Below, piece after piece: positions 44,566 through 57,300 of a stretch of DNA of 64,000 nt; position 1 is the first letter of the stretch, and each line of letters starts with the position of its first letter. The stretch is from the NCBI GenBank assembly GCA_010909165.1, contig MU008190.1:1-64000 (forward strand). Direction: 5' to 3'. This stretch comes from Anthoceros angustus (taxonomy: Eukaryota; Plantae; Anthocerotophyta). The position numbers were made by a program, and so were the translations under genes. Below the pieces are notes generated by a model, which had not been told where the DNA came from, ran no database searches, and worked only from the letters and a program-made list of their open reading frames with translations.

Positions 44566-44936
44566 TAAAGTCTGCATTGTTTCATTGTTTTGCAATATGG
44601 AATACACAATATCGTTCATTGTCAGCTGGGAAGTGTGCGGAAACTATACGTAGCACCGTCCACGCCACAGTTGGTCCCGTGAAGGAGTCGAAATCGTATC
44701 GAGGGGTCACGAAAAGCGGCAGGGGTTCTTGCACAGTAGGTGAGTTCTCCTCTCACCAGCTCCTGGAATTGCTGTTTTCATGCGGCGAGCATCACGGTGG
44801 CTTTTTGTGGCAGATAGGATTGATTGTTTCCCGTGTCTGTGAGCGGGAAATCGCTCTTGGCTTCCTCCCTTTTGTTCCGCTGCCTCGTCCTTTTGGTTCC
44901 TTTTCCCCTTCACAGGCAGGCACCTTCTCTTCCACA

Positions 44937-46218
44937 ATGTTGGCGGCCAGGAGAGCGGGAGCCAGGCTCGGCAAGTCGGAGCTGCTGCGATCTATTACCA
45001 GTGTTCCGGCGGCGGAAGTAGCTGCCACCAGCGCACAGACCTCTCCCTCGGCCTCTCCATCTTCCAGCAGCAGCACGGAGAAGGCACCGAACTTGAAGAA
45101 GTTTGCAATCTACCGATGGATCCCGGAGCAGAATGCCAAGCCGTTCATGCAGACCTACACGGTGGACACGAACCAGTGCGGGCCCATGGTGCTGGATGCG
45201 CTCATCAAAATCAAGAACGAGATCGACCCCACCCTCTCCTTCCGCCGTTCCTGCCGGGAGGGCATCTGCGGCTCCTGCGCCATGAACATCGAAGGGAGCA
45301 ACGGGCTGGCATGCCTCACCCAGGTGAACAAGGATGCGTCCAAGGAGACCTACATCACTCCTCTGCCGCACATGTATGTGATCAAGGATCTGGTGACGGA
45401 TATGACTCAGTTCTATGCCCAGTATAAGAGTATCGAGCCGTGGTTGAAGACCAAGAAGCCAGCTCCCGAAGGGAAAGAGCATCTGCAGAGCAAGAAGGAC
45501 CGAGCTAAGCTGGATGGGATGTACGAGTGTATTCTCTGCGCCTGCTGCAGCACCTCATGCCCTAGTTATTGGTGGAACCCGGATAAGTACCTGGGTCCGG
45601 CAGCCCTCCTTCATGCTAATAGGTAAGTTAGGGTTTTAAGTTTTTTGCAGCCTGCTGGCTTGAGTCTTGTATAGACTGTGTGAAAGTCGGTGATGCTCTT
45701 TGCTGTTCTTTTGGAAACGTGTAGCATGGTAGGGTTTGGGGGAGAGGACAGTACAGGGGGTTACAAGATCCTGTCTGTTTGGGGCTGAGGCACCAAAGCA
45801 AAGATGCCCTGTATGTTAGGGTTTGGGGGAGATGACAGTAGAGGGGGTTACAAGATCCTGTCTGTTGGGGGCTTAGGCACCAAAGCAAAGATGCCCTGCA
45901 TGTCAGGGTTTGGGAGAGATGACAGTAGGGGGAAGGGGGTTACGACATCCTTTCTGTTTGGGGCTGAGTTACCAAAGCAAAGATGCCCTGTATGATCACA
46001 AATGCTAACTGCTGTTGCGCCCCTGGAATGTTTACAGGTGGATATCAGATAGCAGAGATGACTACACGAAGGAGCGTCTGGATGCCATCAACGACGAGTT
46101 CAAACTGTATCGCTGTCACACCATCATGAACTGTGCCAAGGCGTGTCCAAAGGGACTGAATCCAGGGTTGCAGATTTCCAAGCTCAAGAAATCTCAAGTC
46201 ACTAGCCTGTTCTCATGA
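44937..46218 (+). CDS. SDH2: Succinate dehydrogenase iron-sulfur subunit, mitochondrial (exons 44937-45622 and 46038-46218)
   Basis: Presequence [11 protein letters not shown]; [14 protein letters not shown]; [16 protein letters not shown]; [18 protein letters not shown]; intron gtaagt...tttacag; [21 protein letters not shown]. Probable 5'UTR intron at ~44740-44915. Confidence 0.97.
45728..45993. repeat. Intronic tandem repeat, ~87 nt x3
   Basis: agggtttggg..gacagta..gggttac..atcct..ctgtt.ggggct....accaaagcaaagatgccctg at 45728, 45815 and 45902. Confidence 0.9.
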
Positions 46219-48069
46219 GGGCACGGAAGAGAGTTTCACTGCCTGACCGAAAGCGTGAGTGTATCGATCAGTAGACCCACCAGCCTATGGGTGTCCTGTG
46301 CTGCATGTAACTCAAGATTTCCATGGGCACCTAGCCAGCTTTGGTAAGCCGCAAATTGTAAACAGATTTACTCAGTGCTTCTCAGGCATCTTTGGTAAGC
46401 CGCAAACTGTAAACAGATTTACTCATCATCGTAACCGGAGGAATGTACCCATCTCCTACGTTGGAAGATGATGGGTACGGTCAGCGTTTTCGCGGTCAAG
46501 ACACGATGTCCTGTGTCCCCACCCCCTTCAGCCAGTAATCTTGCAGCGTGTGTAGGACAGAGGGTGATGAGACCATGGGCCCTACACACAACCTCGCGAA
46601 GCAAATATCTTGTAAAACCTACGTGGTTACTGCTTACGTTCTCACCCACTCGCTTTGCTTTGGATATGTTGCAGCAACATTGACACCCAAAAGAGTAAAA
46701 CTGTTCAACTGCTTCCGATATCCTGATACCTAGGCAACTGCAGGGCGTGTCCCAGGCCCTCCTCTCATCAGAAGCAAGAGGTTTCCAAACTGTACTGATA
46801 ACCGGACAAAAGTGTCACAGGAGCGCACTCTGGGAGCTCTTCTTATCTCCGGGAGGATCCCCAAAAGCCTGATACGGGAGTACCAAAGACTGCCCCTGAG
46901 CCCCAACATGTCCAACCGTTGCTGGCCAGCCAGCCACCATTTCTCCCCAATCCATCATTGAGCGGTACATACTACATTGCCAACAGTTACAAAATATATG
47001 ATCTAACACTGCATGTGGTTGTGGGTGTGTAGGTAGCCTGGCCGGCGGGTAAATTTTACTCATAGACAAAGGCCCCCGTCTGGCGTCGTCAGCCTGGCGT
47101 CGGACGGTCAGGTGGGGAGTTCTGCACGTAAATGCAGGTCCTGGACTCCTGGCAGCAGCAGCAGCGGTGGAGCGTGATCCCTCCGACAGAGCTGGGTGTG
47201 CCCTTTCCGCCCACCTTTCCCCTTTCCCCTCTCCTTTCCCTTTCCCATTCCCATTCCCATTCCCATTCCCTTTCCCTTTCCGTTTCCCCTTTACATCACC
47301 TCACGGTTGGTGACACCGATGTGTATGTACACACGTACATACTGTACATACAATACAGGCTGTGTGGACATGTATGGCATGTACATTCCAGTGCTCTGCC
47401 CCCTCTGCAGCAGAGCAGAGAGGAGAGAAGAGGAGAGGGCTGGCCCATCCATATCCAGACACTCTCTGGAGTTCTGAACACTGGGCCCGGGAAGCTGTAC
47501 TATGTTCCCGCAGGCAAGAACGATCTTACCACAGATATACAGCATGTGCCTGGTACCTGCATATGTACCTGCATACCAGTGTCTTGCATGGGGTATGTAC
47601 AGTACATTCTGCCCTATGTACATATGTACATATGTAAACACATAACACATACACATACACATACACATGCATTTGTTTAGGGTTTGAGTGACTCGTGTTG
47701 GGTGCAGGGCAAACGGTCAAAGGGGGGCTGGTGACGGTCAAAGGTAGCAGGCGCACGGTCCCCTCGTCCCGTTCGCGGAAGCAGAGTAGTAGTGGTCAGC
47801 ACAAGGTTTGTGGAACAGAGGAACAAGCCTCGGCAGCTTCATCCAGACGCCCTGCCCCGCACAGGCAAGGTTCATTTGCTTGGTTCCCGCTTGGCACCTT
47901 GGCAGCTTGGCTGCTTGGCAGCGTGCTTGTGGCGGCTGGGACCCGGGCGGGCCCCACGGTCCCTGGCGGCGGGCCCCGCCTCGGCACTGCCACGTTGCCG
48001 TGGTTCCACGGCCCAGACCCAGCAGTAATGCCATCACGGCCCGCGGGAAGGAAAATTGAAAAATGTTGC

Positions 48070-48091
48070 TTTGACCGGATATCCGGTCAAA
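48070..48091. promoter_or_regulatory. Perfect 22-bp palindrome containing two inverted W-boxes
   Basis: TTTGACCGGATATCCGGTCAAA, plus further GGTCAA sites at 47715 and 47736, upstream of the VQ gene. Confidence 0.55.
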
Positions 48092-48907
48092 CTTGTTGGA
48101 GGCGGCGACGCTGAGCGGGCGGGCGTTAACTCGGAGTGACCCGGGGTTGGAGTCGCAGTTAACTCGGGTTGAGGCGTTATACTATCTTCCTGCTCGCTCG
48201 CCTCGTTCTCCACACTTCTTCGTTTCCTTTCCTTTCTATTCCTTTCCTTTCCTCACCATTCCTCGGCTGCCACTTGCTTGGCCTTCTGGTGGCTTCGCGT
48301 GCGCCTGCCTTGTAGATGCTTCGCGGAGGGCTTGGCGTAGCTCGGGGGTAGTGCGTGTGGTGCAGGAGTCGTGGTGCTGCCTTTTGGCCCCAATCGGCTG
48401 CTCCAAGGCGCAATTGTGGGCGGTCGAGTCCGAGCCCGGCTGGGCCAGGCGCGGGAGCAGCAGGAGGCACGGCAGGAGGTGGCTGAAGGAGGGAGAGAGG
48501 GAGCGAGCGAGTGGGCGAGCGGGCGAGCGAGCCAGCCAGCCTTCCCCGCCGGCTGGACATGTGCGTGCCCAGTTGCGGTAGGTGGGTTGTTGTTATTGTT
48601 GGTTTGTTGAGCTGTGCTGGGAGGTTTGTGGGTTTTGCAATTGCCGTGCTGCAGTGCGAATTGCTGATTGTGGGCGCTGCGGTGCTGGCAGAGCGAGGTG
48701 GAGGATGTCCGCTAGGCTATCGCGCATTCTCTTGGACGACGAGGGCGGGCTCTTGGCGTCGCGGAATCCGGTGGTGAGATTGGCGGAGCAGCAGCGGGAG
48801 CGGGAGCAGGAGCAGGAGCAGGAGCGGGAGCGGGAGCGGAGCAGGAGCAGGCGCAGGAGCAGGAGCAGGAGCAGGGGGCTGCGCAGGCGGAAGGGGGTGC
48901 AGGTGCC

Positions 48908-49675
48908 ATGGCGACGCCCATGGACGTGTCGGACTTAGGCGGCGGCGGGGGAGAGGAACCGGGGCGGCGGGGCGGTGAACAGCAGGGCCGGCAAGATGGC
49001 GAAGAACGCGCGGGGCGGCCCGTGGCCGCGCCCGCCCGGAGGCCAAGGTGTTCTTCATCGAGCCCACGGAGTTCCGCAGGACGGTGCAGGAGCTGACGGC
49101 GCAGGAGCCCGCGCCGCCACCCAGGCTCAACACCCGGCTGTCGAGGATCGCGCCGCCGCCTCTCCCGGTGCGCCCCTCCGTGAGCTACCCCAAGCTCCCG
49201 CCGCAGCCCCCGCACCTGCCGGCTCTCTTATCACCCCCGCAGGCCGGGCAGCGGCCGGGCAACCCGTTCCAGGGGTTTGGGGGCCTCGCCTTCCAGGGAA
49301 TGCAGCATCACCACAGGCTGTCCCCCAGGGGGATGGGGGTGGCGGGGCCGGCGGGAGCCCCCGTCCCGGTCTCGCCCTTCCCGCTCCTCACGCCCGGCAC
49401 CTTCGCCCAGCTCCTGCCCTCTCCCAGCGACCGGTGGGCGGATCTGGAGTCGCCCGGCACCTCCTTCCTCATGCAGCACGCGCAGGCCATGGTGGCCGGG
49501 GCCATCAACGCCGCCGCCGCCACCTCCTGCCTCCCCCTCCTCCCCAGGTGCCTTCCAGGATGGAGTCTGCGAATGCGCCCCTCCCCAGTTTCGCCCAAGA
49601 TTTTGCTGCCTTGTACCAGCAGCTGCAGCAGCAACAACAGCAGCAGGAGCAGCAGCAGCAGCAACAGCAGCAACA

Positions 49676-49716
<41 letters not shown>

Positions 49717-50213
49717 TGCTTCCGCAGTCTTCCACTGGGTTGCCCACGATGGACGGAGCACCCTTCTTGCACTTCGGGAATGCAAATGGGTATGGCAGCA
49801 GCAACGGGAATGGCAATGGGCTGCAGCTTCCTCTGCACTTCCCGCCCAGAATGGAGACGGGCGGTGGCTTCCCCCACTTTCCCAGCGCAATGCAGTCCGG
49901 GGGCACATTCATGCAGTTCCCGTCCAGGATGGACACCGGGTTCAGCAACTTCGGGCCGCTGTCCCCGAGGATGGATGGCCAGGCTATGTCTCAGCCCTTG
50001 TCGCCCTTGTCTCCGTCCTTCGGGCTGCCACCTCTGTCCCCATCCATCATGTCGTTGCCCCCGCTGTCGCCCACCTTCCCCTTTTCTCCCCTGGGGCTGG
50101 GGAGCCAGGACTTCGGGCTCACCAACGTGTATGCAGGGTTCACCAACAACCTGTCGCCCACGGCGGGGCTGACCGGCGACGCCTTCTCCTTCCCCGACCG
50201 TGTTTTCTCCTGA
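48908..50213 (+). CDS. VQ-motif protein (IKU1/VQ9-like), reading frame broken about three times
   Basis: VNSRAGKMAK (frame of ORF 48975); KVFFIEPTEFRRTVQELT...RLSRIAPPPL (frame of ORF 49048); poly-Q and PLSP-rich C-terminus PPLSPTFPFSPLG (frame of ORF 48975). Confidence 0.75.
49620..49715. repeat. CAG/CAA repeat (poly-Gln)
   Basis: About 30 codons of cag/caa/gag inside the VQ gene. Confidence 0.95.
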
Positions 50214-51399
50214 TGCTGCTGCTGTTGGAGAGGGAGGAAGGACGGACATGGCTTTGCTTACACCGGAGCAGTTGTGTAGTGGGAGAGAAGGATGTGGGAG
50301 CATGTACTTTGTCATGTCATCCCAAATGACGAGAGAAGGAAGGACATGGCTGCACTGCTTTTCACTAACCACCTGCGAGCAGCTAACTGTTTTTTTCTGG
50401 GGGACAGTTTGTGCTTCTTTGCCATGCCAAATGTGGAAAGTGTAGGAGGAAGAAGAAGCCCGGCCAGAAGCTCCCTCTGCTTCGGATGTACACTAGCACC
50501 ACTTCAAGGTCACTCGCTTTCGCTCCTCCGAGTCTGTGGCCTTTTGTGCAACTGGTGCAGCAATGGAGGGCAGTAATAGGGCAGAGGATCAAACGTAGAT
50601 ATAGTTTGCTCATTCTTTCTGGAGTACTGTAGGTGGCATCCCTGCAAGCCTCTTGAGAACAATGTGAACTGGGGATGATGCTGCCTCAGGATATGTTCTG
50701 CTTCCAAATGTTTCCAACAGGAGACATGTAAGTAGTGAACTATGTACAGACATTCAGTTGTGCTCGCTGCTGAAGCTGATGAGCGCCCACCTAGCATTGA
50801 GCTTTGCCCAAGTCTCTAAAAGAGAGATTCCGTGGTTGAAAGCGGGCATGTAGACACGGACCTGGAGGCATCGTTGCGCTTGGTTCCATCCATTACTTTG
50901 GCTTATGCTTTTGCCATGTGGCCTGGAGCCAAAAATAGAAAGTTGCGCGTGCACTGTAATAATGCCACCGACTGTGTGCGGGTGCGCACGGAAAGCCAGC
51001 AATAACATCACGATCGATGTGAAAACGTGAAAAAAGGCAGGTCACAAAAATCATAAATGTGAAATCCCGTATGAACATAGAGGGCGGTGAATCCCAAGAC
51101 CTCTGCTAATAAATCTGTCGGGTGTTGGGGAGAATGACTGACATGATGTACGTTCATGAGCCTCCGCTGCCACAGGCCTGCCCACGCCATCCAGCTCCCC
51201 TTCCAGAAGATCATCTTCCATGTCGCTGAGATTGCAGCGACGGATGCAGGGTTTCATCCGGGTAGAAACACGCCCGCCGGAGTCTGAAAGGAGAAGCAGC
51301 AGAAGATGAGACGGCAAGGAGAACATCGCCTTGCAGCAGGGAAGCAGGAAGCAAGCAAAGGCGATTGGTCTTGAAGGTGAGTGTTGCTGTCCTGCCCTG

Positions 51400-52783
51400 T
51401 CGAGGCAGGGGCTTAGGTTGTTGTGTGTAGCGAGCGTGTCCTCTGAAACCCATTGAAAGCAGCTTAGTAGAGCCAAATTGGTGAAGGAGGGTCACTGATC
51501 TGCCGTAAAATTGGTTGCAGGAGGGACCCGACTCGTCTTGAGGCCATGGCTGATGGTACGCTGCTAAGTGCATACCCTCAGCGATGTGCTCCTCCAGCTC
51601 GTGCAAACTGGCTCGGAGCAGATATGGATGTTGCGGTGGAAGGAAACACGGATGCCCCGAGCTGGTCCACAGCCGCACCCAAGGTCATGCAGTACTGCGC
51701 AACTGCTGCACTGGCGTTGGCAGGGATGTTGGTGGCCTTGTCAGGAACCGCATGCGCCGCCTGCCTGAGCACTAGGATTAAGGAGTCCATTTCTCAGACT
51801 GGCGTCCAGCCACGCTCCATTTCTGTGTCTTGCTGCGATAAGTCTGCGTCCTGGCTCCCAATGCCTGGTGTCCCGTCATCCCAACACGGCTCCAAGATCC
51901 CAGCCTCGAGCCCCGTGTCCGGTGTGTCATTCTGCATGATCATGGCCCGTCCGATAACAGCTCGGTTGACAGCACGAACCCTTTGCAGCGCAAAGCAAGC
52001 TCCCCAAAGCTTACCCAGCAGGCTTGGGAGAGGGTCCTCTCCATCCCTTTCACCATGTTCTGAAGGCGAAGAATCCAGGACCGGTCAGGACTCCCTGCAA
52101 ATGGCACTTCGGTGAACCGCGACACCACCTCATGGAAACAAGTAGTCTTACCTCCTGAAGCTCCAAGCATGAGAGCATCCAGCAGGCTGATGCCGTTTTT
52201 CACCACTTCAGCCGTACGCTCACATAGGGCAGCAGCAACAGCGGGACCAGCTCCGACTGTGCTCCCATGTGCAACTATAATTACACCGTGGAGTGTGTAC
52301 GCATATGACTTCACCACTTCTTCCATTGGCCCTTCAAAGGCAGGTTCCAACATTCCAACTGCAGCTTGCACACATACAACGCCACTTGGAGCCTGTCCAT
52401 CCTAGCGCATTTCCACAGCGCATTGGCATATGGCTAACATTTCTCCAAACCAACTCTACAGCTACCTACCTGTTATGGCAAGCTCGACTACTTGATCCGC
52501 CGCTCTCTTCAGATGATCCCAACTTTCTCTCCCAAGTACACTGGCAGGCACGTCACTGGCAGGGACGTCCAGCAGCTGCTGCACACAGAATTCCATCAGC
52601 AAGGGCAACCCTAAGCTCATTCGTGGCATCCTACACCAGGCATGCTCTACCTAAAGTCTCGGCACACTTTCCCAGCAAAAACATGAGAAACAAACATGGG
52701 GAACAAGGGAATGGAGTACCGAAAGACATCCATGCAGAGCCCTTCTGGCGACGAGATAATCCCAGAACTGCTTTCTCATTTTC
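51400..52783 (-). pseudogene. Cyclin-D1-binding protein 1 (CCNDBP1/GCIP family) homologue, 3' half damaged
   Basis: Exons encode SWDHLKRAADQVVELAIT, AVGML...SYAYTLHGVIIVAHGSTVGAGP, LPSLLGKLWGACFALQRV...VIGRAM and VDQLGASVF/PPQ. An in-frame stop at ~51794 and a frameshift at ~51640 occur unless removed by unrecognised introns. Confidence 0.65.
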
Positions 52784-53082
52784 TCGCTCCCTTCCTCATC
52801 AAACGAGAGAATCCCAGCCTATCCTCTAACAGGCTGTTGAATCCCAGCACTGTTTTCTCATGTTCTCGCTCCCTTCATCATCAAACGAGTGAAAGCCAGC
52901 CTATCCTCTAACAGGCTGCTGAATCCCAGCACTCTTTTCTCATGTTCTCGCTCCCTTCATCAAACGAGTGAATGCCAGCCTATCCTCTAACAGGCTGCTG
53001 AATCCCAGCACTGTTTTCTCATTTTCTCGCTCCCTTCATCATCAAACGAGTGAATCCCAGCCTATCCTCTAACAAGCTGTTG
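52758..53082. repeat. Tandem repeat, ~82 nt x4
   Basis: aatcccagcactgttttctcat.ttctcgctcccttcatcatcaaacgagtgaa..ccagcctatcctctaacaggctg.tg. Confidence 0.92.
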
Positions 53083-53542
53083 ATCGTCAATCCGATTATA
53101 GCTCATATGCACTCACTCACCTCAAGGAATGTTGCGCTTGATTTCAAAAGTTGATTTCATTCTTGCAATTCGCAACAGCTGAACTGAGTACTTTCGGAAG
53201 GCTCACAGCGTCCTCTCGTATTATGCTCAGAAGATGGCAACACTCCCTCACGCTGATGTCTGAATTTTCAGTACTGGCCTCTTCTTACGTTTCGATTCGG
53301 GTTCTGCGTCTCGTTTGTGCCTTAAGTTGTGTGGCTTGCAACACCGGAACGATCGTGACGAGTCAGGATCGTTGCAATGAGTACAGGACGCGTCCGATGC
53401 CAAATGATTCACGACTGGAATGATTTGATCGTGAGCGTCTATCAACGCTGCGAAGCCCTATCTCCAGTCTGTCCGGCGCATTCTTCGTCTCTGTAGACGC
53501 GCGAGAGAGTGTGCAGACCGGATCAAGGTTGTCGGAGAGACG

Positions 53543-54196
53543 ATGGCAGCTTCAAGCTCGTGGATGGCTGCTCCAAGCTCGGTGAAGGTGCCACAGCGAA
53601 AAGACGCAGTACGTGCATGGCCTCTCTCTGCTGCCTTCTTCAAGAATTACCGATTGTTGTGAGCTCGTGACTCAGAGCTCGTGTTTTGATGTCGGCGTTA
53701 ATGTTGTCAGGCGGAAGAAGATTGGAGCGCAGGGCCCCTATCCTTGCTTGCGAGATGCGTGAAGGAAAACAAGACGGTGCGTGGCATCTGTCTAGTATTG
53801 TTCGGAAGCCGTTGTTAGTCTCACGCGTGCAGTGTGTCATGTGGACCGAGTTCTGATGCATTGCCGGCTTTGCAGATTCTGATCTACTGCCGAAATGGTA
53901 AGAAAATGCTTGGAAGAGTGAAAGCATTCGACCGATACGTTAATGTGGTGCTCGTGGATGTTATGGAGAAGTGGAGCGATGTAATTTCTCGGAACCGTTC
54001 TTACGTGTAGGTTCTTCGAAGTTCCCGCTGATTATGCTGCTAGACCTGGTCTGATGAAAACGTTGCACAATCGTTGCAGAAGCCGAAGAGTGGAGCGGGG
54101 AAGAAGAAGAGGAATCCTCCGCAGAGAGAGAGGCGGATCCCCAAGCTGTTCCTCCGAGGCGACAGTGTGATTCTCGTGGTGGCGATTAAGGAGTAA
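53543..54196 (+). CDS. Divergent Sm D2-like snRNP core protein, 4 exons (53543-53608, 53711-53776, 53876-53980, 54080-54196), ~117 aa
   Basis: Spliced translation [117 protein letters not shown]. All introns are phase 0, GT-AG, ~100 nt. Not in the ORF track; exon 1 is less certain. Confidence 0.85.
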
Positions 54197-54327
54197 CAAC
54201 TAACGTCGACCGGCTGTCGAGATGGCAACTCTGGAGTAACCTTCTTGAGTTTTCCGGCAACACGAGCCCTTGACATCACAGGTGGCAAGGGGGACTTCAC
54301 CAGCACAGCAGCTTTCTATGACATGGT

Positions 54328-57300
54328 TTATAACATCTCGAATAGGCTCTCAAGAGTCTCATAAACCGTCTTTCTTTCGGAGTGAAGGCTATCTTCTGCC
54401 AGAAATGCGTGCATCTGGTTGTCCAATTCCACCCATGTCCGGCCAGGTTCCTTGTGGACACCGGATCTGAACATTAGTCTTCTTATTTCTGATCGTTCTT
54501 CGAGCCTGCCAGCTGCTGCATAAATGTTTGACATGATGATATATGCACCAGCGGTGGTTGGATCCAACCCGATTATGGCATTGAATGCTCGTCTCCCTAA
54601 ATCAGTGTTGCCGTGACGGTTGCAGGACCCAAGGATAGACATCCAGACCTTGAGGCCAGGTTGTGAAGGCATCCTCCTGATGAAGTCCTCTGCCTCATCC
54701 AGGTGCCCAGCTCGGCCGAGAAGGCTCACCATGCAAGCATAGTGGTCCTTGTCTGGGGTGATGTCAAAGGTTTCAGACATAGACTGAAACAGAACTCTCC
54801 CCTCATCCAGCAAGCCAGCGCTGCTGCAGGCCGCAAGAAGGCAGAGGAAAGTGATGGAGTCTGGACGAATGCCCTCACTTTGCATTTGAGCAAGGAGCTG
54901 GAGGGCCTTATAGAAGAGTCCATGTTGGGCATAGCCCGCTATCATGACATTCCATGTCACCAGATCTCTTGTCGAGAATCGATCGAACACTGTCTCTGCA
55001 TCCTCGATGCTCCCACATTTCGCATACATGTCGATCAATGCACTCCCCACTACCACATCTGATTCCAGGCCAGCTTCTACTGCTTGAGCATGAATTCGCT
55101 TTCCTTGATGCAGAGCCACCAGGTCCGAACATGCTTTGAGAATGCTGGCAAGTATCACCTTGTCTGGACGCAGGCCCTCCATTTGCATCTGCTCAAAGAG
55201 GTGGAAGGCATCTCGAAGCTCCCCTTTCTGGACATAGCCTGCTATCATCGCAGTCCATGAGACCAAATGCTTGTGAGCCAGTCTGTCAAACAATTTGCGT
55301 GCATCATCCAGGCTTCCGCATCTAGAATACATGTCAACTAGCAAGCTGGCTAGATGCAAATCCGAACCGAGTCCGCATTTCATGATGTCAGCCTGGATTA
55401 GATTGCCCTGTGTCACATCTGAGATGGAGGAGCAGGCCTTGAGGATGATGAGGAACGTGACCTTGTTAGCACACACTCCCTCCAATTGCATACGATGGTA
55501 CAGTGCCAGGGCCTCAGTAGGATCTCCTTGCTGAGAGTACCCTGCAATAACTGCATTCCATAATGAAATATCTTTCCTAGGCAACTTGTCAAAGACTCTA
55601 CGAGCATCCTCCAGGTTGCCACATTTCACATACAAGTCTAGCAGGTTGCGGCCAATGTAATAATCTGTATCAAAGCCAGATTGGACTAATTGGACATGGA
55701 TGAGCCTGCCGTAGTCAAAAGCTGCTATGGCCGAACAAGCTCTCACAACACTATTGTAGGTTACTGTATCTGGGAGCATACCCACTTCTTGCATCTGCTG
55801 GAAAAGCCGGAGAGCCTCAGTACTCGAACCATTCTGCACATATCCTGTGACCATCGCATTCCACGACAGCTGATCACACTCTTCATACCCGTTAAAAAGT
55901 GTCCGTGCATCACCCAGACTGCCACACTTTGAATACATCTCAATCAGTGTACAACGAACAATATCGTCTGAATCGAAGCCTCCTTTCACGATGTGATTGT
56001 GGATGAGCTGGCCCTGTTCAAGAGCTTCTAGGGTGGAGCAAGCTTTCACCATGCTAACCAGTGTGAACTCATTTGGCTGCAAACCCTCCTCTTGCATCTG
56101 CTGATACAACTGGATGGCCTTGTTTAAATCACCTTCTTGAGAATATCCTGTGATCATTGCTGTCCATGACACCACATGTTTCATAGGAATCTTGTCAAAC
56201 ACTGTGCGAGCTTCCTCCAGGCTTCCACATTTTGCAAACATATCGATAGCACTGCTTTCTACATGACTGTCCGATTCAAAACCACTTCTGAGGCTGTCAC
56301 AATAGATCAACTTGCCCAGCTCCAGGGCTGCCATGCAGGAACATGCTTTTAGAACATTCATGTAGGTGATTCTATCTGGATTTATGCCCTCCTGACGCAT
56401 TTCTTCGTAATGAACAATTGCCTCTTGACCAAGGCCTTGCTGTGCATATCCTGCAATCAGTACATTCCATGACACCAGATCTTTGGCTGGCAGTCTGTCA
56501 AAGATGTCCTGAGCATCTCCCAGACTCCCACACTTTGAATACAAGTCAATGAGGATGCTGCTAACAAATACATCATCATGAAAGCCATACTCAGCTGCAT
56601 AGGCATGAATCTTCCTTCCCTCTGCAACGTTTCCTGACATACAACATAGTTTGAGAATACTCACAAAGGTGAACTGGTCAGGGTTCACGCCTTTTGCCCG
56701 CATCTCCTGAAAGAGCTCCAGAGCTTCTTGCCAAAGCCCTTGCTGCGAATATCCTCCAATCATTGTGTTCCATGACACAGCGTCCCGTGCCACCATCGTA
56801 TCAAATACACTACGGGCATCCTCCAGGATTCCACACTTGCAATACATGTCCATAAGAGCATTGCAAACAAATACGTTGGACTGGTAGCCAGCTTCCAAGA
56901 CCTGACCATGAATCAGCTTCCCCCTTCCTCCTGCTCCTATGCTCCCACACGCTTTCAGAATGGCAACATAAACATACTCATCAGCAGTGACATGAGATCC
57001 TTGCATTCGATCATAAAGTCTGACAGCGACTTCAGCCTGGCCATTTTTCACACACATTGTTATGACTGCAGTCCATGCAAACACATCTGGTGCAGGCAAT
57101 GTCTCGAACACCTGGCTTGCTTCGTTAGGTTCCCCACAAATAGCATACATCCGTATCAAATGATTCACCAGAAAAGGATCAGATCCAAGTCCAACCTCCA
57201 CCATCTTACAGTGAATCTGCCTCCCAGCCACCGAGTCTCGCTGCCGTATGCAACATTGCAGAAGACGGTAGAACATAGTCTGGGAGCATTCGTGGATCTG

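Noticed and set aside
44577-44936. N-terminal extension of SDH2
   Set aside because: Non-ATG start, spans a probable 5'UTR intron, and the presequence begins at 44937.
47200-47670. Coding potential of the HTHT/IPIP ORFs
   Set aside because: Products of microsatellites (cccatt, acatac, tacatatg).
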